A stretch of DNA of 64,000 bases from Vicugna vicugna (taxonomy: Eukaryota), in contig MU058198.1 in assembly GCA_013265495.1 (NCBI GenBank), positions 3,112,419 to 3,176,418 of the forward strand, read 5' to 3'. Both the position numbers and the translations under genes were made by a program. Numbering within the stretch: position 1 is the stretch's first letter; each line of letters opens with the position of its first letter. A model generated the notes under the pieces. It was not told the origin of the DNA and did not search any database. It saw only the letters and a program-made list of their open reading frames with translations. Positions 13,063-27,529 of the stretch are shown here, piece after piece.

Positions 13063-13269
13063 GTATGTTCACAAACTGCCTCATTCTTTCTGACCCACTT
13101 TTAAAAACCCTGTATTTGTGTATTTCCCATCTAGCACCTTTTTCTGTCCGTTATAAACATGCTAGTTATGTGATAGTTAATATGATTATTGTAACCAATC
13201 TAATTATAAGACATTAAAAGAAAAGCAAGGGCTGAGGATGGGAGATAACAAGCCTGTGGAACAGGAGGA

Positions 13270-14400
13270 AGGTGGAGCTTGGAGGGGCCATGGGAGCCAC
13301 ACACGGTAACAGGGAACATACTCTTGATATAGGCAACAACTTGGATGACTCGCAAAGACATTATATGGAGTGATTAAAGCCAAACTCAAAAGGTTACTAA
13401 CCGTGGGCTGCCATTTTTATGACATCCAGGAAAAGACAAAACCATATTGACAGAGAACAGATCAGTTGTCGCTTAATGAGGGGCACTGAAGGGGTGATAT
13501 GAGGGAGGGAGTTTTTCAGGGAGACGGAAGTGTATCTCAATTTCATATCCCAGTTGTGGTGATGATTACACAAATACACATGCATGTTAAAATTCACAGA
13601 ACTGTACACCCAAAAAAAGGGCAATTTTGTTATATGATCGTTTAAAAAATAAAATAAGCAAAGCCGTATACATAGTGGGTAGAATAGTTTTAACAAAGAG
13701 ATGAATGAAAGCAGAACCAGTCTAGGTATATAAGCCTATTAATATATAAAAGCAGTTTTTCAAAACAGCTTATATTGTGGTTGTACAGCTGTGTAAATAT
13801 GCATAACATTACTGAAACGTACACTTAGAAATGGTTGAGATGGTAAATTTTATGCTATGTGTATTTCACCACAATTTTTAGAGATACACCCTGTATTGAT
13901 AAGTATTGTAGGTAGGAGATAGGCATTTGGGGCTCATTATACCTCTGCATTACCTTTGTATAATTTGACATTTTCCATAATAAAACATTTTTTCTTTTTC
14001 TTTTTTTAAATAGCTTTTCAACAGTGGTGAAACACTAAGAAAACCACGGAGACATATGACCTTTTGTCTAGAAAAAAAATGAGATCTTATCTATGTTTTA
14101 AAAGATCAGTTAGATTTAAATTTTTGTGGAAGAAAGATAAAAACATGCAAGAACTAGAGGAAAGTCAGGAGGGTGAACTGACGACCTGGGAGGGAGGAAA
14201 ACCTTGCAAAACCTCAAAAGAAATCCAGACAACATAAACGATTTAAGAAGATCGATGGATTTGGTGACATAAAAATTCAAACTTAAGCGTGGTTAAAAAA
14301 AAACGATGACAAACTAAACCAAACAAAAACTCAGAAAGTTATTAAAAGTTGAACTGTAAACTGGGAGAAATGATTTGTCACAGAAACCCCCCATGTCCCA
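13270..14400 (+). mobile_element. Cluster of old L1M fragments
   Basis: L1MC/MB 3' motifs (gttaaaattcacagaactgtacacc; cacttagaaatggttgagatggtaaattttatg). Confidence 0.65.
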
Positions 14401-15579
14401 TCACCCAATTAAGAAAACTGCCTGGCCCTGGAGGCCTTTGAGTTGGCTCCCTGTGGTATGTCTTCCTTTCAAGTCTTTATCTTTGCTTTTCAAGCTTCCA
14501 AATTAAGATATAAGAGAAGTGATCATAATTAGGGATGAAAAAAACCCAGATGTAGCTCATAGATATCAAGAGAGACACCCTGCTGACCGTTAACGGCATT
14601 GGGCTTGGATCCAGAAGGAACAAAATGTACATAAACTTGGGCTCTCCCACTCAGTCTCTCTGAGCCTCAGTTTCTCCATCTGTGAATGGGGTTAATGATG
14701 GAACCTCCCCATTAGAGGGTTTATTATGGTGGCTGCCAACATGGTAAGAACTAAGGAAATGTTGGATATTCATTATGATGGGTGACAGATTTATGGATGG
14801 TCTGGGTAGATGTTTATTTTCTTCTGTGTACACTTCTGTTTCCTAAGTACTAGACGCTGATTAGATATTACTATTAGAATCAAGAAGAGGTTATGTACAT
14901 TTTTTTTTAAAGAGGTGACTCAGAGGTTTAACTAATCTCTAGAGAAAAGATCAAAGAAGGAAGAAATTAGGATGCTTGGACTAGTCCTTAATCTTTAAGA
15001 GTGATGATCACTCCTCATATCTTATCCCAAGTGGATGCAAGAAGGACTCTGACACCAGCCCTACCTGCGAGTGGTATCAAGGCCAGACGGGCAGGAAGTT
15101 TAATACAACACAGGATGATCAAAGTCTGGATGAAACTGAGCACAAAAAGTTGCGGTAGATGCAAATTATGACCTGAGTAGCTAGAGAAAGTCTTCCAGAG
15201 GGGACATTTGAGCCTAATATTGAAGAATGAAGAGGTGTTCACCAACTGTGGGGTTGAGGGACCCAGAAGAGGTATCACATGTGAAAATGCACATAGGTAC
15301 CAAAGGGCATGGCCGAGTTGGGGTGAAGCAAGATGTCCAAATGATTCTTCCATGAGTGAGGCAGTCAGCAAGGCTAGAATGGTGGGTTGAGGACAGTGAA
15401 AGTCTTGAAGGAGCTTTGACTCATCCTATAGCCAAAGGGGTGCAATTAGAGGCAGATGGACAGTGAGGATAAGATCAGATCCTCACTTTAGAAAGATAAC
15501 ACTGACACAAAGCAGGGATAGATGGGAGCAGAGTGACCTTACGTTCATTCAGTTTCACAAGTATTTATTCAGAGTGCCC

Positions 15580-16045
15580 CGTATTCCTTTCCCATTGCTC
15601 TTATAACAAATTACCACAAATGTAGGGGCTTAGAACAATCGAGATTGATTATTTTACAGTTCTGAATGTCAAGTCTGAAATAGGTCTCAAAAAGTTCTCA
15701 AATGGCCATCATCAAGGATTTAGCACCTCTGGAGATGCTTAGAGGAGGGTCCATGTCCTTACCTTTCCAGCTCCTAGAGGCCACCCACTGATGGCCCCTT
15801 TCTCCATCTTCAAAGCCAGTGTCATCAACCCCAGTTGTTCTCTTTGCCTTTCTCCCACCTATTTAAGGACCCTTAAGATTACATTGTGTCCATCCAGATA
15901 ACCCAGAATTTAAGATCAACTGATTGGTAAACTTAATTCCATCTGCAACTTTAATTCCCCTTTGCCATGTAATCTAACATTCACGGGTTCTTGGGATCGG
16001 GATGTGGACATTTTGGGGGGGGGGGCATTATTCTGCCTACCACAC
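15580..16045 (-). mobile_element. MLT1 LTR within an L2 region
   Basis: ataacaaattaccacaaa...ttacagttctg...gatgtggacattttgggggg...attctgcctaccaca; L2-like flanks at ~15070-15580 and 16050-16450. Confidence 0.85.
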
Positions 16046-16512
16046 CCTCTAAGGGTGTGTTAGTTTCTGGGGACACAGACAAGGAAGGTCCATGATCTCA
16101 TGGGGATTTTGGTTTAATCTTTAAGATTAAAGATTAAAAATCTAAGCAGATAGATAATTTACAAATTTACAAAAACCAAGTAAATGTTGTGTTTAAAGAT
16201 CATTTCAGAGTGTGTTATATACTCTGTGTGAAATAATACAGGAATATGAAAAAAGGATGATCGGAGAAGGCCTCTCTAGGTGACATTTAATCTGAGACCT
16301 GATGAGAAGGTGTCGCCTGTGGGAAGATCCACTGCAACACTGTTCCCAGCAGTAGGGGAACAGCAGGCACGGTGATCTGGAGGAGAGGGAGGACCACTGC
16401 AATAGCTCAAGGGCAGGAGCGCAGCAGGAGTGATCACAAGGAAGTAGAGTCTCCAGGAATTAGCAGCAGATAAAACATGTTATGTGAAATTCAGGGGAAT
16501 ATGGAATAACCC

Positions 16513-17480
16513 TGTGTTAGTTATCCAGTGTTATATAACACAGTACCCCAAATTTCAGTGGCTTATTTTATACTTTCTGAGGGTCAGGAATCCAGGAGCA
16601 GCTTAACTGGGTGATTCTAGCTCACAGTCTCTCATGGAGGTTGCAGTCAAACTGTTGGCCAGGGCTGCAGTCTCTGAAGACTTGGCTGGGGTTGGAAGGT
16701 CTGCTTCTAAGCTCATCCCCGCGGCAGCTGGCAGGAGGCTTCAGTTCCTTGCACTGTGGTTGTCTCTGTAGGTCTGTTCACAGCGTGGCTTCCCTCAGAG
16801 CAAATAATGAGAGAAAGAGTGAAAGAGGGAAGGAAAGTTCAAGACAGAAGCCTCAGTCCTTGATACCTAATCTCAGAGATAATGTGCTGTCCTCCATATG
16901 CAATTAGCCGCACAACTGTGTTAGGTTCCTATCGCTGCTGTAACAAATTGCCACACACTTAGTGGCTTTATACAACACAGGTTTACTATCTTACAGTCCT
17001 CGAGGGCGGAAATCTGAAATGGGTCTTATTGGGCTACCATTCAAGATGTATCAAGGAGCTGTGTTCCCTCCAGAGGCTCTAGAGGAGAATCCATCTTCCT
17101 GCCTTTCCCCTCTTCTAGAGGTGCCTGCATTCCTTGGCTCGTGCCCTCGTCCAGCTCCAAAGCCAGCAATGCCCAGTTGAGTCTTTCTAATGAAGCCATC
17201 CCTCTGGTTCTGACCCTTCTGCATTCTTCTTCCCCATTTAAGGACACTTGTGATCGCACTGGGCCCACGAGATAACCCAGAATACTCTCCCCATCTCAAG
17301 GTGGATTAATTAACAACCTCAATTCCATTTGCAACCTTCATTTCTCCCTTTCCATGTAACCTGACATAGTCACAGGCCCCAGGAATTAGGACCTGGAATC
17401 TTTGGAGGTCATTATTTTGCCTAGTACGCAGACCAGTCATGGTAAACGTGGGAGGCAACTACCCAAGGAGACAGGAATGC
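16513..17480 (-). mobile_element. Two nested or adjacent MLT1 LTRs
   Basis: tgtgttagttatc...gggtcaggaatccaggagcagcttaactggg (16513-16905) and tgtgttaggttcctatcgctgctgtaacaaattgccac...ttttgcctagtac (16917-17428). Confidence 0.85.
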
Positions 17481-19002
17481 CAGGAGACAGGAATGCTGGG
17501 AGGCATGGATAACTGGAGGTCTTCTCCAACCTCCTGTGGACTTCCAGCTTGAGCACATTTGTTGAAGAGATGAGAGACGCTGCAGTCCAGCCTCAGACAC
17601 CGCTGGAAATTAAAGCCCTAGTTGGTTTTCTAGTCATTTGTATGATCGGGTGACAATGATATGCCCCCATCTTCTCGTTCACCAGCTGGGCCCAGGTCCC
17701 CTTCAGAGGAAGAGTCTCGCAGTGCTGGGAGCAGAGGTGGGGAAATTCCAGTTTTATCAGACTACACCACCACCCTCTGATCTTCTCCTTACGCCTGGCT
17801 TCTTAAAAACAAGGACAACTGGAGAAGTCCTAATGTGACATTGCTCTTCCCGTCCCCCCTTATCCCCCCTCCCACCGGAGTGAGTAAATCCACCCTTTGT
17901 TCCACACCGTGGACAAAACAAAATACGACACAGAAAGCAGGTGGAAATTTAAGGAGCCTCCAATGTTTGGACAACCAAGGTGTGAGGGTTAAGGGTGCTC
18001 GTTTCAAGGTGACAGGCTCTGGGTGTCTGATTTCTCAACTTTATGCCATTCCTGGTCTCGTTATGAGACATGCCCTCGTGCCGAGAAACCAAAGCAATGT
18101 TTCCCATGGTTACCCTCCATTGACTCTCTATCTTCCAGCTGTATTTTTAACAGGAGGTCTCTGATTATGCAATAAGCATCCTAGGATATGAAAACAGGTC
18201 AGGCAGCAGGCAAGGTCATCTTCAGGTCATTTTCTTAGTCAAACTGGTTACAGGCAACTTCTGGGCTGTTTGGTCCTTACCCGGGCCCCAGCTATCCAAA
18301 AAAAAAAACAAGTTTTAAAGGTAAGTCCAGGAGTCCTGGAGTGGGGCTGGCTTTGACACTCTCCTTCCAGTACCCTCCTGTCAAATTCCACATCAGTCAC
18401 CAAGACCTGTTGCTTTAATTCCCTGAACAGCCCAAGAATATCTTTTCTCCATCCTCACTGTTACTACTCTCTCCCACCATCTGCCACCTGGACTCTAGCA
18501 AGCTCTTCCCAGCTGGTGGCTCCACCTTCTCTTTGCCCCTTCGTAATATATTTTTTTTCTCATCGCAGCCTACAGGTCTTTTGAAGACACAAATCTGGTC
18601 ATTATGCCCCTCCTTACCTTCCAACATAATGCTTTTCCGTTGTTCTTGATATAAAGCCTTAAATCCTCACACAGCTTACGAGACCATGGCCGAGCCCTTT
18701 TCTCCTTTGCTCTCTGCACTTGATTCACCTTCTGGAGGGGATACTCCACCCTTCCCCTCCTCCAAACCCCCTCAGTGCTCTGTTTTTCCTGAGCACTTCC
18801 TCTGGTCTCTGGAACTCCTGGCCTACCTGCCATCCACCTGCCAGCAGCCCTCAGACAACGGCTGATGAGAGCTGGAATGTACATAACTGAAGTCTCACAC
18901 TGGGGTGGGTCATTCTGCTATGTCTCTGATGTGTCCACCGCGTCTCCGTGTGCGCCCCAGCAAGATTAACCCACTGCTCACAGAGGTCACTGGCTTGAAT
19001 GT

Positions 19003-19513
19003 TGTGGTGGTTAATTTTCTGTGTCCCCTTGGCTAGGCGGCCGTACCCAGCTACTCAAACAAATACTAATTGAAATGTAGCCGTGAGGGTACTGGTAGAT
19101 GTGGTTAACATTTCCAATCAGTTGATTTTGACTAAAGGAGATTCTGCTCAATTACACGGATGGGCTTCAATCAGTTCAAGGCCAAGAGTAAAGCCTGAGT
19201 TTTCCCAAAGGAGAAATTCTGCCTCAAGACCACATCAGTTCCTGCCTGAGTTGCCAGCCTGCTAGTCTACCCTACAGATTTCAGACTTGCGAACCTTCAT
19301 GTTCAAGTGGGTTAATTCCTTAATATAAGTATTTTTATGTATCTGTTTGTGTGTATGTATGTATCTGTCTACCCATCCATCCATCCATCCATTCATATCT
19401 CTAACTCCCTCTCTCTCGATATATATTTATCCATCCATCCATCCATCCGTATCCATCTATCTATCTATCCATCTATCTACCTCTCATTTCTCTGGAGACC
19501 CCTAACTGGTGCA
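19003..19513 (+). mobile_element. MLT2 LTR carrying a (TCCA/TCTA)n tract, interrupting an LTR16-like element
   Basis: Starts tgtggtggttaattttctgtgtc and ends tctctggagacccctaactggtgca; an LTR16-like 3' end cccaataaactacttgcatgtgaatcct follows to ~19645. Confidence 0.8.
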
Positions 19514-19674
19514 GACCCCCTCTTATTGGCTGCCTTCCCTTTCCGGTCTCATTTTTCCACTTCCCTACTCTTCCACCTCCCCAATAAACTACTTGCATGT
19601 GAATCCTCTTTTCACAGCCTGCTTCTGAGGGCACTCACTCTAAGCACCTTTTTCATTCTCTTGAAGGTACCATA

Positions 19675-19880
19675 TAAAGTGACCAACTCATTCCAGTTTG
19701 CACAGAACTTTCCCAGCACTAACACTGGAAATTCTGTGTCGTGGAAGCCCCCACCCTGCCCCAAGTCCCTGGTGAAAAGTTTATCCAAGGTGGTCCCAGT
19801 TTTTTAAAACTGAAAGTCTGGCACCCAGAATCCACCCCACCCACTCAGTCTCAGGCAAGCTAGGATGACTGGTCACCCTA
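19675..19880. mobile_element. hAT-Blackjack MITE (MER94-like)
   Basis: Termini aagtgaccaactc and ctggtcaccct, with internal tcccagtttt..actgaaagtc motifs. Confidence 0.65.
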
Positions 19881-20185
19881 CGTGCAGGTGTGAGGCCTCA
19901 GCATGTGCTGTTCCCTCTGTCTGAAAATCCTTCCTCACTTCCCTGGTTAATTTCTACTGATCACCATGTCAGATCTCACCCACGTGTCATTCCCTCAAGG
20001 AGACCTTCTCTGCCTCCCTCCTGCTTGGGTCAGATCTCCCTGTTAAAATGCTCTGAGCACCATGAACTCCTCCCTCATAGAATTTCCGCATGGTTCTAAT
20101 TTTACATTCACGGGTGTACTATTAATGTCCATCTCATACACTAGAGTGTGCACTCCAGTGGAGGAAGCTTGTTCTAGGTTCTCTT

Positions 20186-20560
20186 ATGTGATGGTCAGTC
20201 CTGTGTGGCCACAAGAGGGAACATAGGAGAGGCTCAGGAAAACACAGTTTATTCTCTGACAGTTCCTAGAAACAGGAGGCACGCCACACGGGCAGGGCCA
20301 TGTGGGGAAAGTTCAGGGTGGTCAGCAGGCAGAAGGCAGGAGTGAGGAGCCAGCTAGGATTGGCTAGTTTGAACAACTTCAGCAGGCTCTTAGCTCTAGG
20401 GGTGGCCCCTAGATGCCCAGTATCTGGCCCGGGGATGATGAAGACCAGGAATATTGCTCCCTGGGCTCGGGGAGGGGCCAGATACAGCAGTCATGGCTCC
20501 TGATTGCTTAGTTTCTATCTCAAAGGGGAGTGATCTCAGATACCACTGAAGGAGGAATCC
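20186..20560 (-). mobile_element. LTR remnant (MER21-like)
   Basis: Starts tgtgat, has tttatt at ~20248 and ggattggctagtttgaacaacttcagcaggctct. Confidence 0.55.
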
Positions 20561-22189
20561 ATTTTTTTTCCAGAATTTTTTGTTGCTGTACTAGTGATAT
20601 GTTCAGATCAACAAAAAAGAGAACATTAGAATTATTTGTAATTTAAAAACTGGTGAAATCTGAGGAAGGCCTATACCTGAGTTAACAGTATTGTAATATT
20701 AAGGAAGATATTATCATGGGGGAAGCTGGGTGAAGGGCAGATGGGAACTCTCGGTGTGAGTCTTAAATTATTTCAAGATAAAAATTGATAATTAGAAATT
20801 GCTGGTGATCTTAACCACCCCTCCCCACCAAGAAACTACTGTCAACATTCTGTCATCTTTCATTCCAGACTCTCTTTATGCATATGAACTTGTGTTTTGT
20901 AAATTGTATTTTATTATGCTGTTTTGAAATCGGCTTCCCTCCACCCTCGCCCTTAATCACAGGGATTCTGAACTCCAGCTACACATTACAATCACCCGGT
21001 AAATCTTAAAAAGATACTGGTGTCTTACTTCCAGAAAGACAGTGAAGTTCTTTTCTTTACTCCTCCCACTAAGTACAATTGAAAACTCTGAACATTCCAT
21101 GTAACACTCACAGCAGAAAACTCTGCCAGGTGGAGAAAAGAAATCAGACAAATTAGAGACATTGGGACCCAGAGGACACACAGTGTTGAATTCCTTGGGT
21201 TTTCTCTTTGCCTTCTATACCCCAGACTTGGAGCTGAGGAATCTGCAACCTGAAAATGTGAGTAGGCACAGACCAAAAAAAGCACCAAAAGCTAACAGAG
21301 GAGCATCTTAACGTCTGTCTGTCTCTTTCTCCCCAGCCCTCTCTCCCCCACCCTGTCTCCAACATCACACCTGCCCCTCTAATTCTGATCCTCCAGCCTC
21401 CCTCTTGTAGGGAAGGACTCTTGTGATTACGTTAAGCCCAACCAGATAATCCAGGATAATCACCCCAAGTCAATCCTTAACTTAATCACATCTGCAAAAT
21501 CTCTTTCACCATGTAAGGCAACACATTCACAGATTCTGGGAGTTAGGACGGGAACATCTTTGCTGCGGAGGCAGGACCAGGAGCCCTGATGCAGCCCACC
21601 ACACGGTACAAGGGGACAAAGGATAAATCCCCCTCCCCAGCAATCCCCAGGACTCTGCCTTCATCCCACTCCCACTCTGCACGGTTTCCACTTTCTGATG
21701 TTGTCTTTTAAAAATGACTTCATGCAAACCCCATGTACTTCTATTTTTTAAATTTTTTTCACAAATGATTGTACACTCTATGCCCTGTTTCCTACTCTGA
21801 TTTCTTTTTGCTAACAACATAGCTTGGTGACTGCCCCATTGCCAGAGCGTCAGCTTGCCACCAGGAAAGTTACAGGACTTGAGAGGCAATTCAGTCCAGC
21901 AGATGCAAATGTGACATCCAGAAGGCAAACAGAAGGCGTGAGAAAAGTCAAGCAGTGTCGGGGATCCTGACAGGTGGGTGGAGACCCAGCCTTGGGAACC
22001 ATAGTGATATTAGGAAATCCAGGTGGGGGATCAGCTTCAGAAACTGTGTCATCAGGGAGCCCCAGCTACTGGACTGGTTCAAAGGCAGGTCCTGAGTTTT
22101 AGGAGAGGGCTGGGGAGGTGCAGGAAGAATCCCAGGTCTGGGCAAGTTATCAAAACAGGCATCCAGAAACAGAGAATTCGACAACCACA

Positions 22190-24960
22190 GAATAATTCCA
22201 CAAATATTTATTTAGTGGCTGTGAGAATCCAGGTGCTGAGCTGAGTGCCCATTTACACCCAGGATGGGACAGGCATGACCCATACCTATCTTCCCACAGG
22301 TGAAGAGATAGATAAGTGAGAGGCTGTTGCTGTTTAACATGGTAAGTGCTGTGGTGGGAGGTGAAACATTCTATGGGAGAGTGGGGGTGGGAGTGGGGGA
22401 GGGAAGAACAATTAATCTCAATGTATTTATCAGAGTAGGCTAACTGCTGTAACAGCCAACCCAGTTTCAGTGACTTAATACAATAGTTTGTTACTCACAT
22501 TACAGTCTCATGCTGGTTGGGGAGAGGGCAGGTGGGGCTCTGCCCCACTCAGTCATTCAGGGATCCTGGCTCCTTCTACCTAATGGCTCCACTGCCCTCC
22601 CCCAGGGTGTCAGATTTCTCCATGGGGTCCCCTGCCTCCACCTGGTGACAGAGGGAAATAGAGACCATGGAGGATGACATGGGAGGTTTCAATGGTAGGT
22701 TTTACACCTTGGGTCGACGTTCGTCATTCTGTCCACTTTCCATTGGCCAGAACTCAATCACATGACCCCACCCATGTCTGTGTGGGAGCCTGGGAAATGT
22801 AGTCTAACTGTGAGCTCCAGGAAGAGAAAAACCAGAGTTTGGTGAACACACAGCAGTCCATGCAGCATCAGACCTGGGGAAATGGGGGAAACTTCCTAGA
22901 GGGGTGGTTTCTAAGCTGATACCTGGGGGATACATTATGAGTTACCAGATGAAGAGAGGCAGGAGAAAGTGGGAAGGGCATTGTTGCAGACAAACATCAA
23001 TGCAAGCAAGAATGCAAAGCATTGACACTCACAGCATGCTGAGGAGAAGAAGTTCTGCTTGGCCAGAAGGCAGAAGGCAAGCTTGGTGATGGAGGAGTCA
23101 CAGGGCCTGGACCAGGCAGGGTATCATAAACTGGGTTAAGGAATTTATCCCAAGAGTAATCAAAGCTATGGCAGGTTTAGCAATTGAGGATCAAGCTTGT
23201 ATTCTATAAAAGTCTCTCTGGCTTTCACGTGGAGAATAAATTGGAAGGGGACCAGGGAAGATGCCAGAAGGCCAGCTGTCTGAGAAAAGAAGACAATCTG
23301 AACTACAGGAGTGGCTGTAGGGAGACGTAGACAGTTCTAGACATCAGGAAGTGGGATTTGCAGATCTTTGATGGATTAGACATGCAAGTAAGTGGGAAAA
23401 AGTAAAGAATCAAGGATTAGGACTGAGGGATGCCATTTGTCAAGGACAACCCAGCTGTTTGGAGGGTGGTTCACTTTGGACTTGTTGAGTTTGTGGTGCC
23501 TCAGGGCTGTTTGGAGAGGGATGCCCTACAGTCAATTTCCCCGGGTCTAAAGGTTAAGAAGAGGGTTTAGGCTGGTGATGTAGTCATGAGAGTCGATGAG
23601 CTCACTCCAGGGAGAGGAGAAAGGAGAGAAGAGAAGACGACTTGGATGAAACCCTGCGAAATGCCAACAGGTAAGGGGTGCACAGAGGAAGTGGCACTCA
23701 CACAGGCATTTGGGAGGAAGCAGCCAGGGACAAAAGAAACTGAGCACATGGCATCATGAAATGCAAGAACAGGAACAATTTCATGAAGGCGTGAGTGGTC
23801 AGCAGGGTAAATGCTGCAGAGAGGTAAAGAAAATGGGCTGAAAACCATCAATCGAATGTTCCAGAAGAACACGAGTACGCAGGGCCTGAGGTAGGAGAGA
23901 GACGGTCATGTGCATTGAGAGCAAAGATGCTGGCCCAAGTAGCCAGACAATGCTGAGTGAGGGGATGGTGGCAGAGGGGAAATTAGAGCAGCGACAGGAG
24001 GCTGGGAGACGTCGGGACGCCGTCTCTGACTGTGAATGTGGTGAGGGTGGGGACGTTGGGGAGTTTTGATCAGAGAAAGGACATATTGTGACTTAGGTTT
24101 TAACCGAAGCATTCTGGGTTCTGTGCAGAGAAAAGACTGGTACAGAAAGGGTGGGCACTGCAGGTATGAAGGACAGAAAGCAGAGAATGCAATCCTCCAG
24201 GTGAGGTGATGGAGAATGGGACAAGGAGGTACAGGAGAGATGGTGAGCAGGGAATCCATTCTAGAAATAATTTGAAGGCAGCCAACTGCATTAGTTGGCT
24301 GGTTGGTTGTGGATGTGAGAGAGAGGCATTTTGACTGCCTCCAGAATATTCTTCAGCCACAAAAAGGAATGAAGTACTGATATATGCTACAATATGGTGA
24401 ACCTCAAAAACATTTTGTTAGTGAAAGAAGCCAGACACAAAAGGCCACATATTGTATGATTTTATTTATATAAAATATGCAGAATAGGTAGATCCATAGA
24501 AACAGAAAGTAGGTTAGTAGTTGCCAGGGGTTAGGGGAAGGTGGAGAAAAGAAAGTGACCGCTTAAGAGGGTTGGGTTTTCTTACAAGGTGATAAAAATA
24601 TTTTGGAGTTAGATAGAGGTGGTGGTTCCTTGACATTGTGCATGTACTAAAAGCCACTGCATTGTTTGCTTTAAATGCTTAATTTTGTGTTATGTGAAAT
24701 TCATCTCAATAAACAAAAGTAAAATTTTTTAATGACTCCAATGTCTTTGATCTGAAAACATGAAGAATGGGGCTGCCGTCAGTGAGATGGAAACTGTAGG
24801 AGGAACAAGGTTGAGAAGAAAATGTCTGTGTTCAGTTTTGAATGATTATGAACTTGGAGATGCCTATTGAACATCCAAGTGAGCCTGTCAAGCAAACAGA
24901 TAGATGTGGATTTCCAGGAAGATGCTGGAAATATTGGGGCGTCTTCAGCATGTAGCTTAT
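22190..24960 (-). mobile_element. Long decayed L2 region, interrupted by an MLT1 LTR (~22423-22860) and an L1MB 3' fragment (~24345-24720, + strand)
   Basis: L2 motifs (caaatatttatttagtg, tttggacttgttgagtttg, gacatattgtg, gagatgcctattgaacatccaagtg); L1 motif aaaaggaatgaagtactgatatatgctacaa. Confidence 0.75.
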
Positions 24961-27529
24961 CTTTAGACTTGGAATTGATTGATACTAAGTTTCTGTTTCC
25001 TGGAAGCAGAAGTCAGAAATCAAAATTACCCTGTTACAGAAAAGTAAACAATTTCATGTATCACACATCCAAATTTGTGGAATGAAATTCATACCTTCTG
25101 CATTAGAACGGGTTGCAGCCCTTTAAACCCATCCAGGCGTGACTGATCAGGAGCCAGGCTGGGCTGGGCTCTGGCAGGGTGGAGGAAGGCTGCAGAGCTT
25201 CAGGCTTTCTCGCCGCTTTTAGGCAGCACCTGGAAAACAACAGCCGATTTTCTGTCTTCAATAAAGATTTGTCTGTCATGCCCACTAGCTTTGTTTTATC
25301 CTGCTGAGACTTGTCTGTTTAAAAGCCAGAAGGAATGCATCTGGTTTGTTAGACTGGCAAAACTTTGACAAACGAAGGGATGTAGCATTTAGAGCAATGG
25401 TCTTCCATTGGTGCGGGTCATGGGCAATTAACAACCGTCACCAATAAATAATAGTAAGAACTGATCATTAAGCCCTTCCTCTGTGCCCAGCACTCTGCTA
25501 AGAACTTTGCACTCATCATCTAATTCTGCCTTAATGCTAAGCATGTGTGGTAGATATTATTACTATTATCATTAGTCTCAGTTTTACATGTACAAACAAG
25601 CACAGAGAGGTTAAGTGACTTGCATGAGGTCACACAGCAAGTAAATCAAGGAGTAGGAGGAAAATTCAACACGTCTGACTCTAAGTCACTGTGCTTTAGA
25701 AGAATAAAAGCAGGAAGTGTCAGAAGCCTCTCGTTCCAGCACTCTGCACTCAATGGCCAGAGAAGGTGTGTGGGTTCCCCAAACCAACAGGAGCCTCCTC
25801 GCCAGCCTTTAGGACAAGGATTGGCGCAAAACTGATGCCCAGGGTTTGTTGAATGAATGAATGATTGACTGAATAAGCACACAAAAGAATGATTAACATG
25901 CATCACACTGCATGGTGTTTAGTGATTAATGCAGCTGACTCTCCAGCTAGGCTGTGAACCACTTGAGAGGAGAGACCCTTTCTTACATACTGTAACAACA
26001 GAGTGCAGCACGTTGAGGAATTTGACAGTGCAGGTTTGAGGGCGTGGGCTCTGCTGGCAGCTCACCCAGGTTCACATCATACTTCCTCTTCTATGAGACC
26101 TTGAGCAAGCTATTCAGCCTCTCTGTGTTTTGATTTCCTCATCTGGAATATATACATAGAAATATAGTAATACCTACCCTTTATAGTTATTTATCAAGAT
26201 GAAATAAGTTAAGACCTTGGAAGCAGTAGGTGCTCAATAAACACTACCTGTGTGTCTAGGGAGTCACAGAAGGAGTCCCTGCTGTCCCCTGTAACCTAGA
26301 ATAATAGGTACATATACTTACTAGGTTCCAAGGACCTTCTATGCATCATTGCATTTAATCCTCATAACAATAATATGAGATGAGAACCATTATTACCCTG
26401 TTTTCCTGATAGGAAGATTGAGGCTAAGCGAGATTAAGTAAGTTGCCAGGAGTCACAAAGCAAGTAAATGTAGATAAAGAGAAGGAATCAGTACATGCTC
26501 CATGAGGTAAGGGGCCAGGTCTGTTGTAGGGGAAAAACAGAAGCCATTCTAGGTATTTCAAACAGAGGGAACTTCATATAAGGAATTGATCACACCCACG
26601 AGCCAACAGCTGAGAAGCCTAGTAGGAGATGGTGAAGCAACCCTGGGCTGAGCAATAGTAGGAAGCTGCTCTCACCGCTGGGGCACAGGGAGGAGGTGGT
26701 GTCCCTCTCTGGGGCCACCCAAGAGGAGCCAGAAGCGCAGCTGGGGCTGTCCAGCGAAGAGCTGAACCACGGAGGAGATGCAGCCTCTGCTGGAAAACAC
26801 TCTGAAGTTGGGAAGGAGCCCTGGTTCCTCCCTTTGTCCCACCACCCAGTCTCCTGCTGGTGCCTCTTTTTGGCTCAACTTAGCTGGAAGCCAACCATCC
26901 AGCAGCAGTGGCGCCTGGGAAAGGCAGTGTGCAGAAGAACGGCGAAGAATGGATATAAGATCAAGGAAGCCAATGACCTGCATGATTTGTCTCATTTGTA
27001 TTTGGAACCACAGCTTGGCACATAGAAGCCACTTCATACATAAGCAGGAAAGACAGGAGGGAGGATGAAGGGCGGGCAGACGCCAAACTCTGTGTTCTTA
27101 ACCCAGAGGGAGCAACCTCAAATAATACAGAAGCCAGGAGGCTTACACAAAGGCATGGCATGAACCAACCGGTCCTAGGGAGTGGTGGGGGTTGGGGCGA
27201 GGTGGGAGCGCACGCCCTGTCTAACTGGGGCAGCCCAACTAAGCTGCGGCCAATTTCTGCCAAGCAGGAAAGCGAGTTCAGTGTTGCCAGATCTGCTGAC
27301 TTTGTGGGGGGGGGGACTGAAAGTCCTGACTTTCATGTTAAATCTACCACTTTTTAAATGTTGGCAAAGAAATCAAATTCAGATGAGCTCGGGACACCTT
27401 GTTGGGCCAGAAAGAAGCTTAACCAAGACTAATTAGGGTCATGATCATCTCAAGAAGACATGAACCCAGCCTCATTGGGCTCCTATTTACTTACCTCCAA
27501 TAATTTTTAAGCATCCAAAACAAAGAATG

